Source: an uncultured euryarchaeote (GTDB lineage Archaea; Thermoplasmatota; Poseidoniia; Poseidoniales; Poseidoniaceae). Taken from it: 64,000 bases of DNA. Positions 9,138 to 19,168 of this stretch are shown here, one piece after another (the first letter of the stretch is position 1; each line of letters opens with the position of its first letter). The notes under the pieces are model-generated. The model was not told where the DNA came from. It ran no database searches and was given only the letters and a program-made list of their open reading frames with translations. Position numbers and translations under genes: made by a program. The DNA lies in assembly GCA_937899865.1 (NCBI GenBank), contig CALBRH010000055.1, positions 21,356 to 85,355 of the forward strand, written 5' to 3'.

Positions 9138-11579
9138 ATGTCTAGTCTACTAAACAAACGACTTGCGCGTAGTCTATGGCGCACGAAATTGCGGCTATTT
9201 GCTGTTATTTTCATGGTCTCAGTCGGTGTTTTTGCCGGATTAACCTTCGGTGGCTATTCTCACAACCTAAGTGGTATGTATGATACTATGCATGATGATA
9301 ATGATACGGGTGCCAATCTAGCAGATTTATGGATTGATAATCGCAGTACAACTTGGAGTTCTGAGGAAGTAACAGAATTCTGCACCAATTTAGCCTCTAA
9401 TTGGGACTATGATGACTTTGGCTTGGATTCATGTGAGGGAAGAAATATTGTCCCAGGTGCCATGTTTTACAACAATAGTGGCGATGAAAAAATTATCAAT
9501 TCTCTTTGGCATGGAATCTCACCAGATGCAAATACAAACCGAATTTGGATGCCAGAAGGTCATTCAGACGGTCGCTTAGCAGCATCTGCCGATGAGATTG
9601 TAATCGATGCTCACGTTGTCGAACCACTAGATTTAGAGCTTGGTGATGTCATCACAATCGGTGCTGGTGCATCAAGTGCAGACTTTACCATCGTCGGCTA
9701 TGGTTATCATCCAGTACACATTTTCATGGCGCCAGAAGGTTCAGTATTTCCGCCTGAAGCAGGAGAATATGTAGTAGGCTACCTCAGTGAACTTGGGATG
9801 GCTAGGCTAACTGGTAACGAAATCGGTGCAAGCAATACAATTTTGCTCGATGTAGAAGGCACTCCCTCATTTGATTATCCTGATACCAAAGAATTCGAAG
9901 GGGAAGAGATTGATTTGGTAAAATCAATGGTTGATGATTCCTTGAACGCCAGCCAACTTGACGCTAGAGTGAGAGACAGGGGCCAAAGCGAACAGGTCGA
10001 AATAATGCGGCAAGATTTAGAGGCATCAAAAAGGATGTCAACCCCCTTCACTGTAATGATCGCTGCTATTGCATCAATTACAATTATTCTCAGTTTACAG
10101 AGATTGGTACAAAGCCAAGCAAAGGAAATTGCGGTCTTGAGAACATTAGGGGTAAAGCGAAAATCTTTGTTGACTGGCTACCTTTACTCACCGGCAATAA
10201 TAGGTTCAATTGGTTGTTTGGTAGGTTGCCTGATTGGACCATACGGCATGAATGCAATGTTGGATTTCTATCAAAGTATAATTGGTGTACCAATCATCGA
10301 AAGAGAAATTCCTTTTTCGCTGTACGCAGCGGTTGTAACTCCGACAATGATAGTAGTATTTCTATCCGGTATTTTACCTGCTCTAAAGGCTAGTAGACTA
10401 GACCCCCTAAGTATTCTGAGTGGTCAAAACAAAATTAGAGTTGGTTCTAACCTACTCAGAAAATTGACTTCATGGATGCCAACAACTCTTGGGCTATCAG
10501 TACGTTCTAGTGTTAGAAGACCAATTCGTTTGACTATGACATTCTTCGCAGTAGGGATTTCCTTGATGTTATTTGGTTCAATCCAAATGATGTCTGCTGG
10601 CATAGAGGACACATTAGTCGGTGGAATTGAAGATGACCAAAGTTGGGATGCTCAAGTTTATGTTGGTACTGATGGAGAGTTTGCAGTATTAGATTGGGCG
10701 GAAAACTACAGTGCAGAAGCAGAATTGTTAATCGAGATGCCTGTCGGTTCAGTAACTGATCCTGATGAAATAGAGAGACTCTTTACTGTTATAGGACTCG
10801 ACACATATACCCAAGGAATGCGTTCAGTGAACCTGTTAGATGGAAATAAACCAACATTAGAAGGAGGTATTCCACAAGTTATGATGGACGAAGGGTCATT
10901 GATTTTCCTAAATTGGGAAGTCAACGATATTCAAACTGTTGCAATTAACGGCGTTTCACAAGAGGTTGAGATTGTCGGTTCTACTAGAGGAGACTTTATC
11001 CGAACCATGTATTTTTTACGATCTGACTTAAGTCAGATTACTGGCGTAAATGCTACTTCAGTATATCTTAGCCTACCCGAGGGAGTAGAAGTAAATACAG
11101 AATTAGGGGAGATTTCTGTTGGCATAGTTGAGAGACAGAGTTTAATTGATGGCATTGAAAGCCTGATTGAACAACAAACTCAAATTTTCCAGGCAATAAT
11201 GTATCTTGGACTATTATTCACAATAGCAGTCATGCTTAATACCATGATAATGAATGTAGCAGAACGGGACTTTGAATTGGCAACACTGCGAGTTTTAGGT
11301 GCATCAACCAAACGCTTGGGAGGAATGCTTCTATTTGAGAGTTTATTGATAGGTATAATCGGTGGAATTGTTGGGGTCGCATTTGCTTATGGTGGCGCAA
11401 TAGGACTTGCAGCATCATTCTCATCTTGGCAATTCTATGTTCCTATTGTCGTTGTGCCAAGTGTTGCTTACCAGTTGATGGGTGGAGTAATCATAATTGC
11501 TATTGCAATGACTCCGATTGGCATCTGGCGACTCCGTCGTATGGACCTGGTTGAAAAAGTCAAAGACCTCTCTCAGTGA
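9138..11579 (+). CDS. FtsX/MacB-like ABC permease (two FtsX repeats, ~8 TM)
   Basis: Motifs QAKEIAVLRTLGV and RDFELATLRVLGAS, each after a large extracytoplasmic domain. Adjacent to the LolD-like ATPase. Confidence 0.9.
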   Translation: MSSLLNKRLARSLWRTKLRLFAVIFMVSVGVFAGLTFGGYSHNLSGMYDTMHDDNDTGANLADLWIDNRSTTWSSEEVTEFCTNLASNWDYDDFGLDSCEGRNIVPGAMFYNNSGDEKIINSLWHGISPDANTNRIWMPEGHSDGRLAASADEIVIDAHVVEPLDLELGDVITIGAGASSADFTIVGYGYHPVHIFMAPEGSVFPPEAGEYVVGYLSELGMARLTGNEIGASNTILLDVEGTPSFDYPDTKEFEGEEIDLVKSMVDDSLNASQLDARVRDRGQSEQVEIMRQDLEASKRMSTPFTVMIAAIASITIILSLQRLVQSQAKEIAVLRTLGVKRKSLLTGYLYSPAIIGSIGCLVGCLIGPYGMNAMLDFYQSIIGVPIIEREIPFSLYAAVVTPTMIVVFLSGILPALKASRLDPLSILSGQNKIRVGSNLLRKLTSWMPTTLGLSVRSSVRRPIRLTMTFFAVGISLMLFGSIQMMSAGIEDTLVGGIEDDQSWDAQVYVGTDGEFAVLDWAENYSAEAELLIEMPVGSVTDPDEIERLFTVIGLDTYTQGMRSVNLLDGNKPTLEGGIPQVMMDEGSLIFLNWEVNDIQTVAINGVSQEVEIVGSTRGDFIRTMYFLRSDLSQITGVNATSVYLSLPEGVEVNTELGEISVGIVERQSLIDGIESLIEQQTQIFQAIMYLGLLFTIAVMLNTMIMNVAERDFELATLRVLGASTKRLGGMLLFESLLIGIIGGIVGVAFAYGGAIGLAASFSSWQFYVPIVVVPSVAYQLMGGVIIIAIAMTPIGIWRLRRMDLVEKVKDLSQ

Positions 11580-12970
11580 AGCGAACTCTTGATGAGCCGT
11601 CAATTCTTGGCAACATCATGGTCGATATACCTGATATTGGACAAAAAGTCCAAATTGAAGTTGATGGCCATAATGGAAAAGCCATTCACCAAGGTGTTAT
11701 TCTTCATCCTGCCGCCTCAAATCATGTGACAATAAAACTTGATAATGGATATAATGCAAGTTACACTATTGATGAAATAGTTTCAATTCAAGTGATTGGG
11801 AAAATCGAAGAAGAATCTGTAGGAACATACAGTGAATTAGAATTTAATGATCAATTGCCACGTGTTAGAATAATTCACACTGGTGGGACCATTGCTTCAA
11901 AGGTTGATTACAAGACTGGTGCAGTGATTGCAAAATTTGAACCTGAAGAGTTAGTAAATACAATCCCTGAATTAGCTCAAATTGCTAATATTGATGCAGT
12001 AAAACTTGGCAATATGTTCAGTGATGACATAAGATGCCAACACTGGAACAAGATGATCGATGCCACTAAACAAGCCTTTGATGATGGATGTAATGGCGTA
12101 GTAATCACCCATGGAACAGACACATTACACATAACTTCAGCAGCAATGTGCTTTGCTTGGTCTGGTGAAGGTAAAGCACCACCTGGTAGAATCGCTTTAG
12201 TCGGTTCACAACGGTCTTCTGATAGAGGTTCTTCTGACGCTTCCGAGAACTTGATTTCAGCAGTCTATTGGGCTGCTAATGGACCAAACCCTGGAGCTGT
12301 AAGGGGTGATTCAGCTGTTGTAGTAATGCACACATCAAGTCATGATGGTACATGTTCAATCCAGCCGGGAACTGGGGTAAGAAAATTACATTCAACTAGA
12401 AGAGATGCTTTTAGAAATGTCAATAGTCAACCTTTAGCATATGTCAACATAGTTGGTGGAAAACCGAGTATTGTGATGGACAGTGTATATCAATATGAAC
12501 TGGAAAAAAGTAATACTGAAGTGACAAAATCTCCAAGAAAATACTCTGAATCTGTTCGAATTGCGCAGTTTGTCGCCGGACCATATCTGCATGAAGAAGA
12601 AATTGAAGCAATTGTAGCAACTGGTCCACAAGCAATCGTCATCCATGGAACTGGTCTTGGTCATTTACCAATCGATGACCCCGGTAAAGATGCTCCAGAG
12701 AATACTAAAGTTTGGCGTGCACTAACACGTTGCATAAATCGTAATATCCCAGTTGTTGTAACTTCACAATGTTTGCATGGGCCAATCGATATGAATGTAT
12801 ATTCCAAGGGTAGAAAGCAACAAGAGATGGGTTTGCTAGGCCATGGAAGCGTTACTTCACCTGATTCAACAATAGTCAAAATTCACTATGCTCTATCAAA
12901 TAACAAAAAGATCGAAGACATACTTGCAAAGAACCTATGTGGAGAAAATCATAATGTTCTAAGAGAGTGA
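11576..12970 (+). CDS. gatD: Glu-tRNA(Gln) amidotransferase subunit D
   Basis: N-terminal HVTIKLDNGYN, IHTGGTIASKVDYKTGAV, THGTDT, GSQRSSDRGSSD, LHSTRRDAF, VYSKGR. True start may be ATG 11618. Confidence 0.95.
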   Translation: MKRTLDEPSILGNIMVDIPDIGQKVQIEVDGHNGKAIHQGVILHPAASNHVTIKLDNGYNASYTIDEIVSIQVIGKIEEESVGTYSELEFNDQLPRVRIIHTGGTIASKVDYKTGAVIAKFEPEELVNTIPELAQIANIDAVKLGNMFSDDIRCQHWNKMIDATKQAFDDGCNGVVITHGTDTLHITSAAMCFAWSGEGKAPPGRIALVGSQRSSDRGSSDASENLISAVYWAANGPNPGAVRGDSAVVVMHTSSHDGTCSIQPGTGVRKLHSTRRDAFRNVNSQPLAYVNIVGGKPSIVMDSVYQYELEKSNTEVTKSPRKYSESVRIAQFVAGPYLHEEEIEAIVATGPQAIVIHGTGLGHLPIDDPGKDAPENTKVWRALTRCINRNIPVVVTSQCLHGPIDMNVYSKGRKQQEMGLLGHGSVTSPDSTIVKIHYALSNNKKIEDILAKNLCGENHNVLRE

Positions 12971-14538
12971 TAATCATGAAAAGTAAATCCAATCAAAAAC
13001 TCGATGAGTTACGCCAAAAGCGAGATGAGGCGAGATTGGGTGGGGGTTTGAAAAAACAAGAAGCGATTAGAAAAACTGGTCGCGCAACTGCTCGTGAGCG
13101 AATAAATATGTTACTTGATGAGGATTCATTTATTGAAATTGACTCATTTGTTACGCACAGAACTGTTGACCACAACATGTTTCTTCATCAGACTTTAGGC
13201 GATGGTGTTGTTGCAGGGCATGGCACAATAGATGGACGTCGAGTTTACTGCTTCGCACAAGATTTCAGCGTACATGGCGGCAGCATGGGTGAAACGCATG
13301 CAAAGAAAATCTCTAAAATTGTTGAAATGGCTGAACGAGCAAAAGTTCCCATTATAGGAATGTGGGATGGAGGTGGACAAAGAGCACATGATGGAATATC
13401 TGGGCTTGCTGGAACCGGCGAGTTGCTTGATAGACTAGTTCAATGTAGTGGACGAGTACCAATAATCAGTCTTGTTTTGGGACCAGTGGTTGGTGTTTCT
13501 TCATTGGCAGCAAGTCTTGCTGATTTCACAATTCTTGGAGAAGATCATGGCCAGTTATTCCTATCATCACCATTAGAAACTCCTGAAGTAATTGAAGGAG
13601 AGATAGATGCTTCCGGACTTGGCGGTGCTAACTTACATGCCTCTCGCTCAGGTATTGCTTGTTTAATTGCCGATGATGATGAAGACGCATGCGAAATGGC
13701 AACCGAGATTCTTGGCTTTTTACCTGACCATAATGGCGCAATAGCACCATTTGTAGAGAGTGCAGACCCTATCGACAGACTTAATCCAGACTTAGAATCG
13801 TTAGTCCCAGACAATCCAAACAGACCATATGATATGGTCAAAGTTGTAGAGGAAATTGTTGATGACGGACATTTCATGGAACTTTTCGAAGCATATGCTG
13901 ATAATATCATCATTGGTTTTGCTCGTCTTGGTGGAAGAACTGTTGGAGTTATTGGAAATCAACCAAAGGTTTTAGCTGGTTGTTTAGATATTGATGCATC
14001 AATAAAAGCAGCTCGATTTATTAGAACATGTGATGCGTTTAATGTCCCTCTACTGACTATGGAAGATGTTCCTGGTTTCCTTCCTGGAGTAGTTCAAGAA
14101 TGGGGTGGAATCATTAGGCATGGTGCAAAACTATTGTTTGCCTATGCTGAAGCAACAGTGCCAAAATTAACATTAGTAACAAGAAAAGCCTACGGCGGTG
14201 CATATCTTGCAATGTCCTGCAAACATTTGCGCAGCGATTACAACATTGCATGGCCAACCGCAGAACTTGCTGTAATGGGTGCTGAAGGTGCCGTTAACAT
14301 TATTCATCGAAGAGAGATTAACGCAGCAGAAGATGGTGAAAAGGAAAATGTTAGAGCCAAGTTAGTCGATGAATACAAGGCCAAATTTGGCGACCCATAT
14401 GTTGCTGCTAGAAACGGTTGGCTTGATGATGTAATCGAGCCAAGTGAGTCGAGAATTCGATTGATTCGTGCCCTCAATATTCTACGGTCTAAACGTGAAT
14501 GGAGCCCACCTAAGAAGCATGGAAATATTCCATTATGA
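12967..14538 (+). CDS. Acyl-CoA carboxylase, carboxyltransferase (beta) subunit, with a divergent N-terminal lobe
   Basis: TARERINMLLD, GDGVVAGHGTIDGR, AQDFSVHGGSMG, DVPGFLPG, GIIRHGAKLL, RKAYGGAY, KKHGNIPL. Likely ATG at 12976. Confidence 0.93.
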   Translation: MIIMKSKSNQKLDELRQKRDEARLGGGLKKQEAIRKTGRATARERINMLLDEDSFIEIDSFVTHRTVDHNMFLHQTLGDGVVAGHGTIDGRRVYCFAQDFSVHGGSMGETHAKKISKIVEMAERAKVPIIGMWDGGGQRAHDGISGLAGTGELLDRLVQCSGRVPIISLVLGPVVGVSSLAASLADFTILGEDHGQLFLSSPLETPEVIEGEIDASGLGGANLHASRSGIACLIADDDEDACEMATEILGFLPDHNGAIAPFVESADPIDRLNPDLESLVPDNPNRPYDMVKVVEEIVDDGHFMELFEAYADNIIIGFARLGGRTVGVIGNQPKVLAGCLDIDASIKAARFIRTCDAFNVPLLTMEDVPGFLPGVVQEWGGIIRHGAKLLFAYAEATVPKLTLVTRKAYGGAYLAMSCKHLRSDYNIAWPTAELAVMGAEGAVNIIHRREINAAEDGEKENVRAKLVDEYKAKFGDPYVAARNGWLDDVIEPSESRIRLIRALNILRSKREWSPPKKHGNIPL

Positions 14539-17331
14539 TTACTTATTTTTATTAATTCTAGAAAGTAATCCTGTCTCTGACAAACTAACTCCAAGTTCTT
14601 CTTCGACAACATCTACTTCAGTCTCAATCATTAATGGATTAGTATTGATCGGCTCACTACGCATTGTTCTAAGAACAATAATCAATACAAGAACCATGAT
14701 AATTAGTCCTAAAACACCTGAAACTATCAATGTATTAGATACTTTAAATCCGTCATCTTCATCTGTTTTATCTTCAGCAATTGGAACTGTTGAATTGAAA
14801 TCTATAATGGTATATTCTACTACTTCTGATGTGAATTCTGAGTCAAAAATAGCCACTCTAACCTCTACTGTTTCACTGCGGTTCACCGGAACTTCAAGCA
14901 TTGTAACACATTCTTTTGAGTTCCCTGAATCATCAATAATACATGATGGTTGAAGATTATCTTGCGGTACTCCATCAAGAGAAATTTCCAAACCATGTTC
15001 ACTCGCCCCATCATTATCAAAAACTGACCAAGCAAGTGTCGCTGCTGTATCATCAATAATATTGACATTCATCAATGTCAGAATTGGAATATCTGGTACA
15101 CTTGTAACTTCAATGCTCAATAACTGAGAATAATTTGTAGTTCCATCTGTCACATTGAGCCATTCGTTATTGATTGTTCCAAAATAGTCATTTTGTGGTG
15201 AAATAATCAATTGTGAACCAGAAATTATTGCTACATTGGCGCTAGAAGAATCAGACTCGATGGTCCAAGAAAGCGTATCACCATCGATATCATAGGCAAA
15301 ATCAGACAAACTCAATGATATTGATTCGTCCTCTTGCATTGAAATCTGCCACATCGAATTATTAGCAATTACTGGGTCATCAACTGGAGCAACCTGTATT
15401 GGAATATCCAAATCAACAGGTTCGGTAACACCATCCGTAACTCTAACATGTAAAACAGTAGCACCATTTGCATTTGGAACAGGATTCAAAGTTAATACTC
15501 CATTATAGTAAGAAAACTCAACAGGTCCTGCGATTCCTTGAGTCTCATCATTGATTGAAGCAAGTAATGGTTCGCCCTCTGGGTCATAAGCATACTCAGT
15601 AATATTTACTGAAACTGATGGACCGTCTTCAATTAGAGTTTGCATTACAATGTCATCTGTTTTTACTACTGGGTCATTGTATGGTATAACCACAATTTCC
15701 AACATAGTTAATGCTTCATCAATCACTCCCAAGCCATCAGATCTAAGCAAAATGTCAACTTCAGCACCTAAGATATATTCTTCAGTAACGATGTGAGTTA
15801 CCGTTAATCCCCGATAATCATTATCGATTTGTATAGAGAAATTACTGATTTGACCTCCACTTAATGTTGCTTCAACAATAAACAATTCTTGGCCATCTGG
15901 GTCAATACCAATGTCGCTTGCTAAAATATACCCTTCACCGCGTTCAGGAACTTGGATTACTGGTGCTGGTACTGTTAATGAGATGGGAGAATCTGTTCGT
16001 AAAAATTGGTGCTCAATAGTTGAGGGAGCACCTTCAACCATCACAGTCAAGAATGCGGTGTGGTTTCCAGGCGCTAAATCTTCGACTGCATAATCACATT
16101 GTACCGTTCCGTTATCGTGTACCAAGCCAATAACTGTCACTATTTTGTTAAATCCGCATTCTACATCAATTTGCCAATTAGAATCGATTTCTCCATAGCG
16201 GTCTCCATTTCTAAGTGTCCAATTACTAGATAGTGAAAATGTATCATATCTACCAAACTCATTGACCTGACTTGGAGACTTAGTTATATTTTCAATCAGC
16301 AAAAATTCTGATTCAAACAAATTCTCCTCGGTATATGAGTCGCTATCACTGGCGGAATTTGGCGATGCCTCACGATTGAATGCTGGTCTAAATTCATCAT
16401 GAACTCCTCTAAGTGTTAAATCTAAATACGGCACAATATGGGATATTGCGTAATCTATTTGCTCGGTTTGAGAAATTGATGCATCGCCATCGCCACGGTC
16501 ATCGCCGAAAAAGATTCCATCATCTATTTCATCTTGGAATTGATAATGATCAGCGCCAAGAACATGCATCCACTGCCAAGCTAGAGCATCGGTAGCGCTA
16601 ATTATTGGTAAATTATCTTGACCTTTGGCAATTTCATCAACGGTTCCAGTCATGAATAGCCCAGTACCCGGGCTAGCAGGGTCAATTTGCCATTCGCTAG
16701 GTTTGATATTTTGCCAACCATCCCCGCTATTCCAACCGGAAAAATCAATTCCTAAGCCGAAGATAGACCTGGGTGGTTGAATTTCAACTGACAGATTTGA
16801 TTCTGGCCAAAATGGATAAACTGAGTAGGCAATTGCAGCTCCAGTACCATGGCCTGAAACACCCCAATGATGCAAATCAATATTACCAAATGCAGCAGGA
16901 ATTAGACTATTAGTAGCATTGGTTTGATTCATCAAATCAATTATCGATTCTAATAACAACAATGAAGATTCAACATTTGTAGTATCATCGCTATCAAAAC
17001 CATTGGTTAGAACAACTATAGTTCCACGTTTAACTATTTCACTTGAAAAAATTCCGTAGTCAGAAGTATCCTCTCCTTCATCACAAAAGAACACCGTGAA
17101 CGGAAACGGGCCATTTCCAGCCATTGCTTCGTCTTCACCGTCATTCATTGCTGGATAAATTACTCTCACTGATTTACCATTTGCAGTCAAATCAGCAAAG
17201 CCAACTGGAAAATCAACACCAGTGTGTTGGTTTTTGAATTCTTTTGATTCAGGAGGGTGAGCAACTGATGGTGCGATAGCAAAGATACTGGCACACAAAA
17301 GGCCAATCAATATCCAAGCGTTACCCTTCAA
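14539..17331 (-). CDS. Membrane-anchored surface protein: N-terminal alpha/beta-hydrolase-like domain (nucleophile Ser replaced by Gly), cadherin/Ig-like repeats, C-terminal TM
   Basis: Signal peptide; VRVIYPA, GPFPFTVF, GVSGHGTGAA, GTVDEIA, GADHYQF; repeats IPYNDPV, APVDDPVI, AYDPEGEPL, AYDIDGDTL; TM TLIVSGVLGLIIMVLVLIIVL followed by RTMR. Confidence 0.85.
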   Translation of the reverse strand: MKGNAWILIGLLCASIFAIAPSVAHPPESKEFKNQHTGVDFPVGFADLTANGKSVRVIYPAMNDGEDEAMAGNGPFPFTVFFCDEGEDTSDYGIFSSEIVKRGTIVVLTNGFDSDDTTNVESSLLLLESIIDLMNQTNATNSLIPAAFGNIDLHHWGVSGHGTGAAIAYSVYPFWPESNLSVEIQPPRSIFGLGIDFSGWNSGDGWQNIKPSEWQIDPASPGTGLFMTGTVDEIAKGQDNLPIISATDALAWQWMHVLGADHYQFQDEIDDGIFFGDDRGDGDASISQTEQIDYAISHIVPYLDLTLRGVHDEFRPAFNREASPNSASDSDSYTEENLFESEFLLIENITKSPSQVNEFGRYDTFSLSSNWTLRNGDRYGEIDSNWQIDVECGFNKIVTVIGLVHDNGTVQCDYAVEDLAPGNHTAFLTVMVEGAPSTIEHQFLRTDSPISLTVPAPVIQVPERGEGYILASDIGIDPDGQELFIVEATLSGGQISNFSIQIDNDYRGLTVTHIVTEEYILGAEVDILLRSDGLGVIDEALTMLEIVVIPYNDPVVKTDDIVMQTLIEDGPSVSVNITEYAYDPEGEPLLASINDETQGIAGPVEFSYYNGVLTLNPVPNANGATVLHVRVTDGVTEPVDLDIPIQVAPVDDPVIANNSMWQISMQEDESISLSLSDFAYDIDGDTLSWTIESDSSSANVAIISGSQLIISPQNDYFGTINNEWLNVTDGTTNYSQLLSIEVTSVPDIPILTLMNVNIIDDTAATLAWSVFDNDGASEHGLEISLDGVPQDNLQPSCIIDDSGNSKECVTMLEVPVNRSETVEVRVAIFDSEFTSEVVEYTIIDFNSTVPIAEDKTDEDDGFKVSNTLIVSGVLGLIIMVLVLIIVLRTMRSEPINTNPLMIETEVDVVEEELGVSLSETGLLSRINKNK

Positions 17332-17386
17332 TTAGACCACCCCAATAAGTCGAATGACAACTACGTTCTATTTTGTAATTAGTATC

Positions 17387-18403
17387 TTATGAGTATGACG
17401 CAAGTACTGATTCTGCAGTAATTAGCATTGAGACTAACAAATCAAGTGTCGGTAACTGGTCGGTAATTTGTGGCGCCCACAATTGAGACCAGCATTCAAG
17501 ATGTTGAGCCGCAAGTAGCCATCTACCATCGACAACTTCGTTAGTGATTGCTGCAATTCTATCTTCATGTTCGCCATCGATTCCATGATATTGTGACCGA
17601 ATTACTAAACTTGAGACTTGAACATCATCTGGAAGTGTATCATCATCGAAATTAATGAAAACATCACATGTTCTAGATTCTGCAACCTCGCCACTAAACC
17701 AATCATATTCATCCATGTCTCGTTTGCCGCCCAAAATCATAACTTTACCACCCAATTTCTGCCAAGTATGAGCGGTTGAACGTGCTGCACCACCACCACC
17801 AATTATTCCAATGGTCGAACCTTTGGAGATATCTATGCCAAAATATTCGGCAACTCTTGCAACACCTGAACCATCCACATTCGATGACCACCAGCCGAAA
17901 CCATCCCAACGAAGAGCATTAACAGATTCGATCAGTGATGAATCATTAAAATCAACAACTGCTTGTGACTTTAATTGATGCTTCAAAGGAGATGTTAAAT
18001 TCAACCAAACCTCTTCGCGAAATGATTTTGTTGGTAAATCAATTTTGACGTTAAACGGAAGACTAGCGGAATTCTTACTGAACTTCTCTCGGCTTAATCC
18101 ATCGATAGAATCGGTAATTTCAGCAGTTGCTTCAAGCACTTTTTGCATCAACGCCTTGTTACGGAATTTTCCAAATGGAGCTCCAGTCAAATTCCAATTA
18201 ACCACATCTGGAATAAATTTTACATGCCCCCATGCCAGTGCATCTTGAATAAATTTAACATCAACTAAATCTGTTTGTAGTAGATTAAATCTTAGTGAAG
18301 GTTTAACCTGATTAGAAACATGTTGAGCGACGATATTAATCAATACAGGAGACAGAGAATGATTGACAGGATGGCCTGCAACTGCATAGTAGACATCCGC
18401 CAT
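17387..18403 (-). CDS. aroE: Shikimate dehydrogenase-like protein with an insertion in the substrate-binding domain
   Basis: GHPVNHSLSP, NLTSPLK, SVN, NVDGSG, GIIGGGGAARS, DGRWLLAAQ. Confidence 0.8.
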   Translation of the reverse strand: MADVYYAVAGHPVNHSLSPVLINIVAQHVSNQVKPSLRFNLLQTDLVDVKFIQDALAWGHVKFIPDVVNWNLTGAPFGKFRNKALMQKVLEATAEITDSIDGLSREKFSKNSASLPFNVKIDLPTKSFREEVWLNLTSPLKHQLKSQAVVDFNDSSLIESVNALRWDGFGWWSSNVDGSGVARVAEYFGIDISKGSTIGIIGGGGAARSTAHTWQKLGGKVMILGGKRDMDEYDWFSGEVAESRTCDVFINFDDDTLPDDVQVSSLVIRSQYHGIDGEHEDRIAAITNEVVDGRWLLAAQHLECWSQLWAPQITDQLPTLDLLVSMLITAESVLASYS

Positions 18404-18494
18404 GAAAAACCGTCTTTTTCATTGTTTTTGAATTAAACCTTTTATCCAAACTCGTAGGAAAAACCTTTGAAAACCATAACCCTGTGGTACATCC

Positions 18495-18881
18495 ATGGCA
18501 GGAGTTGGGTTCATCAGCAATCAAACAGCAGGCAAGGGAGCAATTGCTGCGTTAACAGGTTTATTGGGGCTGTATATGACTGCGGCTATGTGGGTTGAAT
18601 TCAATGAAGCACTCGGAGCATTCTTTGGACCGAGTCTTGGCGTAATTGTTGGAACTCTAATTTTCCTAATTTACCAAGATAGAAAGAATGTTAAAGAATT
18701 CTCAGCAAATAAGAATTATAGTACATCTGAAAGAACAACTTTAGTAAAGGGTGCTGATGGAAGATATACTCAAATTGACTCAAACATAGAAAGTGGTCGA
18801 AACCCAGTATTATTTATTGCAATGCTGTATTTCACTATAGTGCTAATTAGTGAAATCTCATGGTCTGATTTAATTCTTTGA
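18495..18881 (+). CDS. Hypothetical membrane protein (3 TM)
   Basis: 128-aa ORF with three hydrophobic stretches; first gene of a co-oriented run. Confidence 0.7.
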   Translation: MAGVGFISNQTAGKGAIAALTGLLGLYMTAAMWVEFNEALGAFFGPSLGVIVGTLIFLIYQDRKNVKEFSANKNYSTSERTTLVKGADGRYTQIDSNIESGRNPVLFIAMLYFTIVLISEISWSDLIL

Positions 18882-18890
18882 GGTATTTTT

Positions 18891-19148
18891 TTGTCAACAT
18901 TGATGGATATCTTTCTAATGAAAGATAACCTAAACAAAATAGACCAAGATGCTAGAACTGTTTATTGGATTATTCTAGAAAAGTTATCTATTGTTCTTTG
19001 CTTAGTTATCGTTTTTGCTGGCGCCTTAGCATTAAATCTACCTTGGTGGGCCGTTGGAACAATTCTTGGATTCTCATTAGGACCTATCGTCTATGGTCAT
19101 TATTATTTCATTTACATACGCCCAATACTGAAAAGACGGGAAGATTGA
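18891..19148 (+). CDS. Small hypothetical membrane protein (2 TM)
   Basis: 85-aa ORF, two hydrophobic helices, basic C-terminus, tight spacing with neighbours. Confidence 0.7.
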   Translation: MSTLMDIFLMKDNLNKIDQDARTVYWIILEKLSIVLCLVIVFAGALALNLPWWAVGTILGFSLGPIVYGHYYFIYIRPILKRRED

Positions 19149-19168
19149 TGTGGGAAAGGTTGCTGTGA

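Noticed and set aside
14468-14953. 161-aa plus-strand ORF
   Set aside because: Antisense to the C-terminus of the 930-aa anchored protein; Ser/Thr/Ile-rich shadow composition.
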